IMG/VR virus record: IMGVR_UViG_3300044908_000045
Span: 58,239-122,238 of that record
From: a virus
Reading direction: 5' to 3' (one strand)
DNA: 64,000 nucleotides
In this document: positions 45,922 to 55,178 of the stretch, piece by piece
Numbering within the stretch: position 1 is the first letter of the stretch
Layout of the letters: each line of letters opens with the position of its first letter
Position numbers and translations under genes: made by a program
Notes under the pieces: model-generated
Seen by the model: only the letters and a program-made list of their open reading frames with translations
What the model was told of the DNA's origin: nothing
Databases searched by the model: none

Positions 45922-48276
45922 ATGCCCGACGATCTGGCGCACGGGTTCTCCCGTATCCCGCCTCCCGATGAGCCCGAGGGTCTCCCCGAGGACGAGGGCG
46001 GCGAGGTCTCGGTTCTCACCGACGACCCCTCAGTCAAGCCCAGGCTTGACCCCAAGACTGGGGCCTTGTCAATTGACACCGAGGATGGCGGCGTTGTTGT
46101 CCAATTCAACCCGCCGAAGCCGCAAGCCGACACCGGCGACGACAAGTTTTTCGCCAATCTCGCCGACAAGATCAGTGCCGAGGCCCGCAACGAGATCGTC
46201 AGCGAACTCCTAGAGGGGATCGCGGCCGATGACCAGTCGCGCACGCAATGGCTCGACATGCGTGCCGAAGGGATCAAGATGCTCGGCATCGCGCTGGAAA
46301 AGCCGCGCGCCGATGCTGGCAATACGACCGAGCCGTTCGAGGGGATGTCGACAATCCGGCATCCGCTGCTCTCCGAAGCCATCGCCCGGTTCCAAGCCAA
46401 TGCCGCTGCCGAACTCTACCCGCCGAGCGGCCCCGTCAAGGTTCGCGACGATCGGCCTTCGAAGCCGAGTGGCGCTAATGACATCCCCGGTATCGGCGAC
46501 AATGGCGGTCCGCCTCTCGATGACGGTAGCCCGCCCGTTCAGGCGACCCGTGAGGAACTCGCCGAGGCACTGGAAAAGGGCTTCAACCACAATCTGACGG
46601 TGGTTGACCGCGGCTATCGTCCTGACAGCGTGCGGATGCTGTTCGAGATCGGGTTCTCCGGCTGTGCCTTTAAAAAGGTCTACGACTGCCCAATCCGCGA
46701 ACGCCCGATCAGCCGCTTTGTCAAGGCGACCGACATCATCGTCGCCGACGCCACTTCGGACGCGCGCGATGCCGGCCGGCTGACGCACCGCATTGTGATG
46801 CGGCAGAGCGTGGTCAGGCGGATGCAGATCCTCGGCGTCTACCGCGATATCGAACTGCATGAGCCATTCTTCGAGCCCAATGCTGCGGAACAAGCGACCG
46901 CCCGCGCTCAGGGGCTCGAAGACAAGCCGCAGCGCCAAGAGGACCAACCGCGCACGATCTACGAATCCTATGTCGAACTCGACATTGAGGGGTTTGAGCA
47001 CAAACGGCACGGGAAGCCGACTGGGCTGCCGTTACCCTACAAGGTCACGATCGACAAAGACAGCCGCGAGATGCTCGAACTGCGGCGCAATTGGGAGGAA
47101 GACGACGACACCTTTCAGCCGCGCACCGTGTTCGTCAAATTCGGGTTTATCCCAGCGCTCGGGTTTTACGACATTGGTCTGTTGCACCTGTTGGGTAACG
47201 GCGACAAAGCCCTGACCGCTGCGTGGCGCGAGGCGCTCGACACCGGGATGTTCAATAACTTTCCGGGGTTCATGTATAATGAAGGCGTCATCCGCAACTG
47301 GACGAATCAGAACCGCATCCCGCCTGGCGGGGGGCTTGGGATCAAGGGAGTACCCCCCAATGTTCCGCTGCGCAATGTCCTGGAACCGCTGCCGTACAAG
47401 GATGTCAGTGCCGGGCTCGTCGGCATCACGACACACATCGAGCAGCGCATGGACCGGGTCGCCAGCATGGGCGAATTGCCGGTTGGCGAGGGCGTGCAAA
47501 ACGCGCCGGTGGGAACCACTTTGGCTTTGCTCGACCAAGCCCAGAAGTTATTGGCTGCGGTGCATATCGGGCTGCACGCCAGCCAAGCCGAGGAATTTGC
47601 CCTATTAAAGGAGCGCTACAAGCAGAACCCAGAATCGTTCTGGCGGTGGAACAAGAAGGGCTATGCGTGGGAGGAGAGCCTGTTCCTCCAGGCCCTCGAC
47701 GATTGCGAGATCGTCCCGGCGGCCGATCCGAATACCGCATCGCACACCCTGCGGCTGATCAAGTGCCAAGCGGTCAAGCTGGTGGCGCAGATGAACCCGC
47801 AGATGTACGACATGAAAAAGGTTGATGAGTGGGTCTTCAAGATGATCGGGGTCGCCGATTCCGACTCGTTCTTTGCGCCGCCGCCCGATCCTAACGCGCC
47901 ACCACCAGCGGTCCCGATTGACCCCAACAAGCAGGCGCAGGTCCAGCAAAAGCAGGATCAGGTCCAGACCGAGAACCAAGCCAAGATCGCCGCGCTGCAA
48001 CTCAAGGGACAGCAGCAGGAGCAGGACAACGCTGCCAAGATGGCCGAGATGCAGACGGGGCAAGCGGCAGAAGCGCGCGACGCCCAACTTCAAGCACAGC
48101 AAAGCGTTGTGGAAAGCGCCGACCGCGAGGCCGACCGCGCATCGCGCGAGCGGGTCGCGGCGATGCGCGAGCAGACCGAGCAGGCCAAATTGCAACACGA
48201 GGCAACGCAAAACACCATGGACCGCGCCCACGAAGCGCTAACCGCACCTCCGCCAGCCGCCCCTGAATCGCCATAA
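45922..48276 (+). CDS. Portal protein (P22-like podovirus type)
   Basis: 784 aa after terL; SRTQW, HPLLSEAIARFQA, GCAFKKVY, APVGTTLAL, long C-terminal Gln-rich helical barrel. Confidence 0.88.
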   Translation: MPDDLAHGFSRIPPPDEPEGLPEDEGGEVSVLTDDPSVKPRLDPKTGALSIDTEDGGVVVQFNPPKPQADTGDDKFFANLADKISAEARNEIVSELLEGIAADDQSRTQWLDMRAEGIKMLGIALEKPRADAGNTTEPFEGMSTIRHPLLSEAIARFQANAAAELYPPSGPVKVRDDRPSKPSGANDIPGIGDNGGPPLDDGSPPVQATREELAEALEKGFNHNLTVVDRGYRPDSVRMLFEIGFSGCAFKKVYDCPIRERPISRFVKATDIIVADATSDARDAGRLTHRIVMRQSVVRRMQILGVYRDIELHEPFFEPNAAEQATARAQGLEDKPQRQEDQPRTIYESYVELDIEGFEHKRHGKPTGLPLPYKVTIDKDSREMLELRRNWEEDDDTFQPRTVFVKFGFIPALGFYDIGLLHLLGNGDKALTAAWREALDTGMFNNFPGFMYNEGVIRNWTNQNRIPPGGGLGIKGVPPNVPLRNVLEPLPYKDVSAGLVGITTHIEQRMDRVASMGELPVGEGVQNAPVGTTLALLDQAQKLLAAVHIGLHASQAEEFALLKERYKQNPESFWRWNKKGYAWEESLFLQALDDCEIVPAADPNTASHTLRLIKCQAVKLVAQMNPQMYDMKKVDEWVFKMIGVADSDSFFAPPPDPNAPPPAVPIDPNKQAQVQQKQDQVQTENQAKIAALQLKGQQQEQDNAAKMAEMQTGQAAEARDAQLQAQQSVVESADREADRASRERVAAMREQTEQAKLQHEATQNTMDRAHEALTAPPPAAPESP

Positions 48277-48319
48277 AGGGGCTTGCGCGCCGATACGTGG
48301 CGTATTATCTCTGCTGCGG

Positions 48320-48514
48320 ATGACTGCAGAAGAGTTCAGTGACATCGGCAAAAAACTGGTCGGCGCGCGTCCAGGATGGCAGCGCCGATTGGGGCTTAAG
48401 CTCGGCAAGGAACAGGCGACTATCAGCCGCTATGCGGCGGGAAGCTTGTCTATTCCTCATACTGTAGCGGTGGCGTTGGAAGCTCTGCTTGGTCGTATCC
48501 ATCATCCCAAATGA
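48320..48514 (+). CDS. Small HTH protein heading the inserted operon
   Basis: GWQRRLGLKLGKEQATISRYAAG...IP..VAVAL; TTGCGC...TATTAT promoter-like sequence just upstream. Confidence 0.65.
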   Translation: MTAEEFSDIGKKLVGARPGWQRRLGLKLGKEQATISRYAAGSLSIPHTVAVALEALLGRIHHPK

Positions 48515-48527
48515 GGGGTACCACGCA

Positions 48528-49286
48528 ATGTCTCTCTTGCCGTTTGCCCGAAACTTTTTCACCGTTCAGGGCAACAATGCTGCGGCGGCGGTCACGAAGG
48601 CGCTCGTCAATCTGGACCCGGAAGGCGCTTCCGCTGCCGATCTCATGTCAATGGAGCAGGATCTCGACCGAGCGGGCGGCGTCATTGCTAAGCTCCGAAA
48701 GGATCTGGTCACCGAACAGCGCGAATTCGACGCGTTAAACAGACAGTACACCGAACTGATGGGAGCCGCTGAAATCCTTCAAAAAAAGCTGGAGGGCGGC
48801 GACGCCTCGGTCGAGGCATCCCTTGCATCGCTTGTCGGTAAAATTGAGAACATCGCGCCTGAGTTGGAGCGCGACCGCAAGGATGTTGACGCGACCCAAA
48901 AGCTGATCACAGAGGCTGAGAATGCCTATCAGCAAAAAGCGGCGGCGCTGACCGGAGCCAAGCGCAACCTCGATGCGGCCCGTCACGATCTGGCGCACGC
49001 CAATATCCAAGAGGAGCGCGCACGCGAACGCGCACAGCAAGCTGCTGTTGTGGCGGGTCTCACAAAATCTCCGACGAGTGGTCTGACGGTGGCGCTTAAC
49101 GTGATGCAACAGAGCGCAGATGACGCGCGGCAACGCGCCGAATCGGCGGACATGAAGGCCGCAGCCCTGCACCACGCGGGCAACGACGCCGCCGACGATC
49201 CGAACATCGCGGAGGCACTCGCCGAAGTGCACGGTGCGGCGTCGACCAAATCACTGAGTGAGCGGCTCGCAGCCCTAAAAAAATAG
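48528..49286 (+). CDS. PspA/IM30-like (YjfJ-like) coiled-coil protein
   Basis: DPE near the N-terminus, long heptad helices, C-terminal LSERLAALKK; context matches yjfJ...yjfM-yjfC. Confidence 0.6.
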   Translation: MSLLPFARNFFTVQGNNAAAAVTKALVNLDPEGASAADLMSMEQDLDRAGGVIAKLRKDLVTEQREFDALNRQYTELMGAAEILQKKLEGGDASVEASLASLVGKIENIAPELERDRKDVDATQKLITEAENAYQQKAAALTGAKRNLDAARHDLAHANIQEERARERAQQAAVVAGLTKSPTSGLTVALNVMQQSADDARQRAESADMKAAALHHAGNDAADDPNIAEALAEVHGAASTKSLSERLAALKK

Positions 49287-49296
49287 GAGCAGGCAC

Positions 49297-49863
49297 ATGC
49301 GCGTTCGTAACGCCGCGTGCCTTGGCTCACTATTGTTGCTCGCCGCCTGCGGCCCTAACGGTTGCAGCGGCGATAACAGCCAAGAGCGCGTCTTCAACTC
49401 TCTCGCCGAGTGCCAAAAGGACCCAACTTACACTGCTCAACAATGCCTAGATGCCTTTGCTAGGGCATCTCAGGAACAAGCGGCGAGCGCCCCGCGCTAC
49501 TCTAATAGAGATAGCTGTGAGGAACTCTACGGACCAGGGAACTGTGTGCCGAGAGGTAGTGGAGATAGTTCATTCATACCGATGATGACTGGCTTCATGC
49601 TTGGCAACATGATGTCTGGTGGCGGTGGAACGACCTATATTTCGCGTCCTGTCTACATTGATCGCGGGGGCACTGCGTACACCACGGGTGGGCGTTCCAT
49701 CGGCACGGTGACGCCGGGTCGAGGCGGGTTTGGCGGCTCAGCCAGTTCGTGGAGCGGGTTCCATTCCTCATCCTCGTCGCCGGGCATCACATCGGGTGGC
49801 TCGGTCTCTCGCGGAGGTTTCGGAGGTTCGGCGTTCTCCGCCTCCTCGTCTGGAGGCGAATGA
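49297..49863 (+). CDS. DUF1190 (YgiB/YjfM-like) lipoprotein
   Basis: Lipobox LLAAC; FNSLAEC...C...APRY....CEELYGPGNC, FIPMMTGFMLG, Ser/Gly tail with VSRGGFG. Confidence 0.88.
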   Translation: MRVRNAACLGSLLLLAACGPNGCSGDNSQERVFNSLAECQKDPTYTAQQCLDAFARASQEQAASAPRYSNRDSCEELYGPGNCVPRGSGDSSFIPMMTGFMLGNMMSGGGGTTYISRPVYIDRGGTAYTTGGRSIGTVTPGRGGFGGSASSWSGFHSSSSSPGITSGGSVSRGGFGGSAFSASSSGGE

Positions 49864-50042
49864 TGATCCGCATCTGTGTCGAGATCATCATTGCGATCAT
49901 CATCGCGTGGTTTGTGGCCCACTTCCTCTTCTGGGTTCTGTGGAAAGCCGCCACTCTCGCTGCCTTCATCGGCGTGTTATACGGCACGATTCGTGTATTT
50001 TCGCACTTCAGGGGATTACCAAAATGGAACGGATCACCATAG
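49860..50042 (+). CDS. Small two-TM membrane protein
   Basis: GGAGG RBS, ATGA overlap, two hydrophobic helices. Confidence 0.6.
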   Translation: MMIRICVEIIIAIIIAWFVAHFLFWVLWKAATLAAFIGVLYGTIRVFSHFRGLPKWNGSP

Positions 50043-51166
50043 ACCCGCGACCCAACTGGTCGAGCGAAATCGAGAAACTGGGGTTCGACTTCTACCTAAT
50101 GGACGGGATACCGTACTGGACCGAGAACGCCTATTACCATTTCACCGCAGCGGAAATTGACGAGATCGAAGCGGCGGCGAATAAGGTACATCGGCTCTGC
50201 ATCTACGCCGTCCAGCGCATCATTGACGAACGGCTGTTTCCGCTTCTCGGTATCGAGCCTGAGTTGGTGCCGTTGATCGCCGAGAGCTGGGACCGCAAAG
50301 ACCCAGCGATCTACGGCCGCTTTGACATGATGTACGACGGCAAGTCGCCACCAAAGCTCCTCGAATACAACGCCGACACACCCACCAGCCTATTTGAGGC
50401 ATCCATCGTGCAGTGGAACTGGCGCGAGCAACGCTTTCCCAAATCAGACCAGTTCAACTCAATCCATGAGCACATCGTCGCTCGGTGGCAGAATCTGCTG
50501 GTCGGTCGTCGAAATGCTGATCGGCTCTACGTCACTACCGCAACACCCATGCCCGAGGACGAGGCTACTGTTCAGTACATTGGTCGCACGGCTGAGGACG
50601 CCGGCTACAAGGTCAAATTCCTGCCCATCAAGGAGATCGGCTGGCACGATGGCCTAAACGCCTTCGTTGATCTCGACGGCACCGCCATGCGACAGATCTT
50701 CAAGCTATACCCGTGGGAGTGGCTGATGCGTGACGACTTCGGCGCTCACATTCGCGGGTCAGGCTCAGTCTGGCTAGAGCCGGCATGGAAGATGCTGCTC
50801 TCGAACAAAGGTCTGCTCCCGATCCTCTGGGACATGTTCCCTGAGCACGAGAACCTATTGCCTGCGTTCCGCGAACCCAGTCCCCTGCAAGGGAAGCCCA
50901 TGGTGCGTAAGCCGCTACTTGGGCGCGAAGGCAACAACATCGGCATCTACGACCCAGCGGGCCATGTGCTCGCCGAGACTGATGGTCGCTACGCCGAAGG
51001 CAACTTCGTCTATCAAGCCTATGCCGAGCCGCCAGAGTTCTCAGGATGTCGCGCTAATCTTGGTGTCTGGATGGTGCACGACGAGGCATGCGGCATGGGC
51101 GTCCGTGAGGACAATGGGTTGATCATCTCGAATAGTTCGAGGTTCGTCCCGCACACATTTGATTGA
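50024..51166 (+). CDS. Glutathionylspermidine synthase-like ATP-grasp ligase (YgiC/YjfC family)
   Basis: YWTE, YGRFD, KLLEYNADTPTSLFEAS, QFNSIHE, FKLYPWEW, EPAWKMLLSNK, KPLLGREGNNI, SRFVPH. Confidence 0.93.
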   Translation: MERITIDPRPNWSSEIEKLGFDFYLMDGIPYWTENAYYHFTAAEIDEIEAAANKVHRLCIYAVQRIIDERLFPLLGIEPELVPLIAESWDRKDPAIYGRFDMMYDGKSPPKLLEYNADTPTSLFEASIVQWNWREQRFPKSDQFNSIHEHIVARWQNLLVGRRNADRLYVTTATPMPEDEATVQYIGRTAEDAGYKVKFLPIKEIGWHDGLNAFVDLDGTAMRQIFKLYPWEWLMRDDFGAHIRGSGSVWLEPAWKMLLSNKGLLPILWDMFPEHENLLPAFREPSPLQGKPMVRKPLLGREGNNIGIYDPAGHVLAETDGRYAEGNFVYQAYAEPPEFSGCRANLGVWMVHDEACGMGVREDNGLIISNSSRFVPHTFD

Positions 51167-51248
51167 TGCCCACCCCAGCGCGTCGGGATTTGGTATTGAG
51201 CTAATCGGTGTGCTAGACTGCGGCTCTCTGTCTATGGGAGCCGCCAGT

Positions 51249-52109
51249 ATGGCCAACTCGCACGACCACTCTCATCTGCGCCACATGGCGGTGCAGCAGC
51301 ACGCCGAGCGGATTCATGAAATCCAGCGCGATCACCGCGCACATGGGGGTCGCGGCGACGAAGCCGCTGACAAAATTCTTGTGACGAAGGGCGTGCATGA
51401 CCACGAGCGCGCAATGCACAAGGGATCGCCGCTCACTCACTTAAATCTCCGCGATGGCGGTCACGCCGAGGGTCACTCAGGCAGGCATCGGCTTGATCGG
51501 GCAAGACGCGCGGACGGCGGCAAGGTTGACTCGATCTACCGCGACCGCAATGGTGGTGAGGGGGCGTCGAACAGCGGCAAGGGACGTGACGCGTCGGGCG
51601 AGAAAGACGCCGCCCGCATGCATGCCGAACAGAAGCGCGATGTTGACCATTACGCTCGTGATCGGTTTGCCGATGGTGGCCACACAAAGCGTGGCGGCAA
51701 GGCCAGCCACGTCAATGTCATCGTCGCACCTGGGCAAGGTCCGGCGCGCCCGGTGCCGATCCCGGTTCCTGCGGCTGGGATTGGCGGCGCGCCACCGCCT
51801 CGACCACCGATGCCCCCAATGGGCGCGGGCGGACCACCAATGGGCGGTCCTCCTCCGGGAGGTATGCCGGGAGCGGGAATGCCACCGCGCCCAGGCATGC
51901 CCATGCCGATGGCACCTGGCGGGATTCGCCGCAATGGGGGGCGTGCTGGGCGAGCCGATGGCGGTAGTATCGAGGAAGAGGCTGGCGAGCCGCATCCGCC
52001 GTTTAGCGCTGACCCAGAGATGCGTGGCGGCGCGCAGGGTGCGCTCGGCCGTCTCGAAAAGACCAAAAGCGCCCGCAAGATCGGCTCTGCCGCTGTGGCG
52101 GGAGACTAA
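51249..52109 (+). CDS. His/Arg/Gly-rich disordered protein with repeated xxGG motifs, putative head/core protein
   Basis: RAHGG, LRDGG, RADGG, FADGG, KRGG, RRNGG; Pro/Met-rich tract; GRLEK near the end. Confidence 0.6.
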   Translation: MANSHDHSHLRHMAVQQHAERIHEIQRDHRAHGGRGDEAADKILVTKGVHDHERAMHKGSPLTHLNLRDGGHAEGHSGRHRLDRARRADGGKVDSIYRDRNGGEGASNSGKGRDASGEKDAARMHAEQKRDVDHYARDRFADGGHTKRGGKASHVNVIVAPGQGPARPVPIPVPAAGIGGAPPPRPPMPPMGAGGPPMGGPPPGGMPGAGMPPRPGMPMPMAPGGIRRNGGRAGRADGGSIEEEAGEPHPPFSADPEMRGGAQGALGRLEKTKSARKIGSAAVAGD

Positions 52110-52364
52110 AAGGAGAGCCCGTCATGCGGGCGTTGGTGCTGACGCATGCGGGCGAATTGTCGGCGATGGAAAAACGTCGAGACCGCCGCGGTGCCGCTCC
52201 TGGTCATCAGCAGTGCGATGGTCTGATCGAGCCGCATATCGAATATGACCGTGAGCAGGGCTGGCGCATTACCCATCGGTGCAAATGTGGCAATGTCACC
52301 CGTAGCGATGGGTGGCACAGCGAACTGACCATGATCGAGCATGGTTTTTGGCGGAGGTTACGGG

Positions 52365-52646
52365 ATGACGGAGCAAAGTAGACCGCGTCAATTCAATGGA
52401 TTTGTCATTGACATTCACGCGCTGGAGAAAGCTCTTGGAATTCCGCGCGATCACCGCATCGTTCGAGTGTCCACGACGACTGACGACTACGTTCCTGGCA
52501 TTAAAATCATCATCGAAGGTCCAGCGTGTTATCTTCTTGCTGGCTCGCGAGCCCCAGTCGCATATGACGATTTTGAGCGATGGTTGCAAAATGTTGATGA
52601 AATCAGAGAGGCGGGGATTGATCGCTATGGACCTTACGAGTGGTAG
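52365..52646 (+). CDS. Phage hypothetical protein
   Basis: GGAGG RBS before MTEQSR. Confidence 0.5.
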   Translation: MTEQSRPRQFNGFVIDIHALEKALGIPRDHRIVRVSTTTDDYVPGIKIIIEGPACYLLAGSRAPVAYDDFERWLQNVDEIREAGIDRYGPYEW

Positions 52647-52649
52647 GGG

Positions 52650-52665
52650 TGTTTCACGTGAAACA
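52650..52665. promoter_or_regulatory. parS: Canonical chromosomal-type parS site TGTTTCACGTGAAACA
   Basis: Exact match to the bacterial parS consensus, inside a 20-bp palindrome (52648-52667), intergenic. Confidence 0.85.
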
Positions 52666-52677
52666 CCGAGCCGCCGC

Positions 52678-52706
52678 TTGACAATGGCGCAATTGATTCG
52701 TAACTA
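52678..52706 (+). promoter_or_regulatory. Sigma70-like promoter
   Basis: TTGACA-N17-TAACTA. Confidence 0.6.
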
Positions 52707-52713
52707 GCATCGG

Positions 52714-52850
52714 TACTGGCGAACCTCAGCCACGAATGCTGGGAAAGCCGCGCTCTGGTAGCGCATAGCGGTTCGACGGACTGATCCCAGAACCGCACGG
52801 CGGCATCGCCATCAGAACGAGGCGCGCGATGGGATTCTCCGCGACCAGTA
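52714..52850 (+). ncRNA. Candidate structured leader/ncRNA
   Basis: Closing stem TACTGG/CCAGTA; internal stems CTGGGA/TCCCAG, GCGCT/AGCGC, CATCGC/GCGATG; lies between a promoter and a GTG start. Confidence 0.4.
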
Positions 52851-52851
52851 A

Positions 52852-53370
52852 GTGACGGTAGTGTGCTTCAGGGATGGGATTCTCTGCGCCGACAGACTTG
52901 TCACAGCCAGCTATGGCGGTCGCGTCGGTCACCGCAGTAAAATCTTCCGCACTTCGGCCGAAGGCAATCACTACGGCTTTTCTGGCCCTATCGGTGCCGC
53001 CGCGATATTTACGCGTTGGCTTGCCGAAGGGGGTGCCCTGAAAGACGCCCCCGATCTTGATGAGCACCAAGCAATCGAAATTCGATCGGGCAATCGGGTT
53101 GCGCTGTCCTCCGGCAAGAAGCCCGTCTTTATTGAGGTTGAAGCACCGTTTTACGCCATTGGCTCAGGCTGGCAATTGGCGCTGGGGGCCATGGAAATGG
53201 GGGCGACCGCCGAGCAGGCGGTCGAGGTGGCGATACGCCATGACGAGGGCTGCGGGGGTCAGATTGATGTGATCCGGTGCTACGAGCAGGCGATGCAGTT
53301 TGCCCCGCAGGCGGCAGCGGTGACCTTCCCAAATCGCATTGACCCGATCCACCTTGGGGGGCCGCGATGA
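52852..53370 (+). CDS. Ntn-hydrolase, proteasome-beta/HslV-like peptidase
   Basis: N-terminal (M)TVV...CADRLVT, SKI, FYAIGSG...ALGAM..GA.AEQAV..AI..D..CGG. Confidence 0.8.
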   Translation: MTVVCFRDGILCADRLVTASYGGRVGHRSKIFRTSAEGNHYGFSGPIGAAAIFTRWLAEGGALKDAPDLDEHQAIEIRSGNRVALSSGKKPVFIEVEAPFYAIGSGWQLALGAMEMGATAEQAVEVAIRHDEGCGGQIDVIRCYEQAMQFAPQAAAVTFPNRIDPIHLGGPR

Positions 53371-53464
53371 CTGCGTATCCCGCCGTCAATTCGTTCGACG
53401 ATAGCCAATATCATCTAGTGGGTCATCTGGTTTTCCGCATCTACAGCCGTCAGGATTTCGACTG

Positions 53465-53668
53465 ATGATCGGTGGTGGCTATAATCCCTGGTTTGTGGAC
53501 GAGTTGATTCGGCGAATTGATACCGATCGCCGCGACAAAGCTTCCGATCTCGGGAATGGGATTGCCCCTGATTTCGGTGCCTACCAGTATGCTTGTGGGG
53601 TGATCGAGGGATTGCGGCTCGGTGCCGAGCACGCCGAAGATATTAAAAGAGAGCAGGACCGGCAATGA
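53465..53668 (+). CDS. Conserved small head-module protein
   Basis: LGNG...DFGAYQYACGVIEGL, typical upstream of phage GroES-like genes. Confidence 0.6.
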   Translation: MIGGGYNPWFVDELIRRIDTDRRDKASDLGNGIAPDFGAYQYACGVIEGLRLGAEHAEDIKREQDRQ

Positions 53669-54150
53669 ATACCAGTTTTTTAATGCCTGAACGGGCGTTG
53701 GTGACGCCGAGCGGCGTGCGTCCCGCAGAGCATCGGGTGACGTTCTCTGAGGAAAACGAAGCCAAGGAGCAAGCCTATCGGCTATTGGGCGATCTCGATG
53801 ACATTGAGTTGTTCTTCAACGACGTTCTGATCCTGAAATACATTCGCACCCAATTGAGCGAGAATCTGACGGCCTCAGCCGAGACGCAGAAAGAAGACAA
53901 GTGGCAAAGCAGCATTGGTTTGGTGCTCAAGGTCGGCCCGACCGCTTTCGTTGATGACGAACACACCAAGTTCCACGGCGCCACTGTGGCGCGTGGTGAT
54001 TGGGTAATGTTCCGCGACAGCGACGGCTGGAACCGCGGCATTCAGGAACTCTACGGGTTTCATCGGTTTGCGCATTGCCGGGTACTGCAGGACGCGCACA
54101 TTCGGGCGCGGGTCAAATACCCCGGTCGATTTATGGCACTGGAATGGTGA
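53665..54150 (+). CDS. GroES-like co-chaperonin
   Basis: NDVLI...GLVLKVGPTAF...GDWVMF...RVLQD.HI. Confidence 0.8.
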   Translation: MNTSFLMPERALVTPSGVRPAEHRVTFSEENEAKEQAYRLLGDLDDIELFFNDVLILKYIRTQLSENLTASAETQKEDKWQSSIGLVLKVGPTAFVDDEHTKFHGATVARGDWVMFRDSDGWNRGIQELYGFHRFAHCRVLQDAHIRARVKYPGRFMALEW

Positions 54151-54158
54151 TCTAGCCC

Positions 54159-55178
54159 ATGTCTGAAACTCGGGTCACTGACCCCAATACCGATGTTGAT
54201 CAGAAAAATCGCGAGATCGAGATCGTCGATGAGCCGATTGACGATCAGAGCGGCATCGTCGAGGAGATGAAGCGGCAACTGGCTGAGCTTGAGGAGCGGG
54301 ATCGGAAGCGCGAAGATGAGATCAAGGCTGAGCGCCAGCGCGCTAGTGATGCCCAGCGCGCCCGCGAGGCGGCCGAGGCTCGGGCGCGTGATGCCGATGC
54401 CCGCGCTCGGGATGGCGCCGACACCGCTGCCCGCTCGGTCGATGACGCTCAGTTCGAGGCGATCTCAACGTCGCTGACGGCGGCAACCGATCAGATGAAC
54501 GGTCTGAAAGGGCAGTACAAGACGGCGTTCACCGAGGGCGATGCCGACAAACTGGCCGAGATTCAGGCTAATATGGCGTTGCTTGGATCGAGGATTACAA
54601 CGCTCGAAGCGGGCAAGCGAGCATTGGAGGCACGCAAGGCAACCCCCGATGCGCAGCGGCGACAAGAGACGCAATCCGAGCCAAGTGAATCCGAACGCCA
54701 AGAAACCTTTATCCGCGGGCAACCTCCGCGCGTCCAAGACTGGCTGCGCGCCAATCGCGAGCGCTATTTCAATGACGCCGATTTCCAGCAGCAGGTCGCC
54801 GCTGCCGCCGGGTACGCACAGCGCATCAAGCGCCTAGACCCCGGCAGTCAGGAATATATTGACTATGTTGATTACGAACTTGGTTTGCGTCAGCGGCCAG
54901 ATCCGGTTGCGGCGCAAACCAATGAGCGGACCAATCAGCCAGCAGGACGCAATCCCGAGGATCGCGATAACCGCAATGACCGGCGCATGGTGACCGCTCC
55001 AGCAGGGGGGAGTGTGCCGAACACCGCGCAGGCGAGCGGCGGCACCGAGCAGGTCTATCTGACCCGCGAGGAAAAGGAGCAGGCCCGCCGCGACGGAATC
55101 ACCGAGGCGGAATGGGCCAAGGCCAAGCTCGAATTGATCCGCGAGGGTCAGTTGGGGCCAAACCGGAGGAATAGATGA
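54159..55178 (+). CDS. Capsid scaffolding protein
   Basis: Acidic coiled coil; C-terminal LTREEKEQARRDGITEAEWAK; upstream of the capsid genes. Confidence 0.7.
   Translation: MSETRVTDPNTDVDQKNREIEIVDEPIDDQSGIVEEMKRQLAELEERDRKREDEIKAERQRASDAQRAREAAEARARDADARARDGADTAARSVDDAQFEAISTSLTAATDQMNGLKGQYKTAFTEGDADKLAEIQANMALLGSRITTLEAGKRALEARKATPDAQRRQETQSEPSESERQETFIRGQPPRVQDWLRANRERYFNDADFQQQVAAAAGYAQRIKRLDPGSQEYIDYVDYELGLRQRPDPVAAQTNERTNQPAGRNPEDRDNRNDRRMVTAPAGGSVPNTAQASGGTEQVYLTREEKEQARRDGITEAEWAKAKLELIREGQLGPNRRNR

Noticed and set aside
44165-48231. Long antisense ORFs opposite terL and portal (e.g. 46210..47010, 47605..48231)
   Set aside because: Shadow ORFs expected from GC-rich codon bias; no motifs or RBS
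49730-50023. N-terminal extension of the GspS-like ORF (possible amidase domain)
   Set aside because: It overlaps two better genes and has no CHAP motif; the family-typical start is MERITI at 50024
52714-52850. tRNA gene (contains GGTTCGA)
   Set aside because: No cloverleaf with correct acceptor, D and anticodon spacing could be built around it
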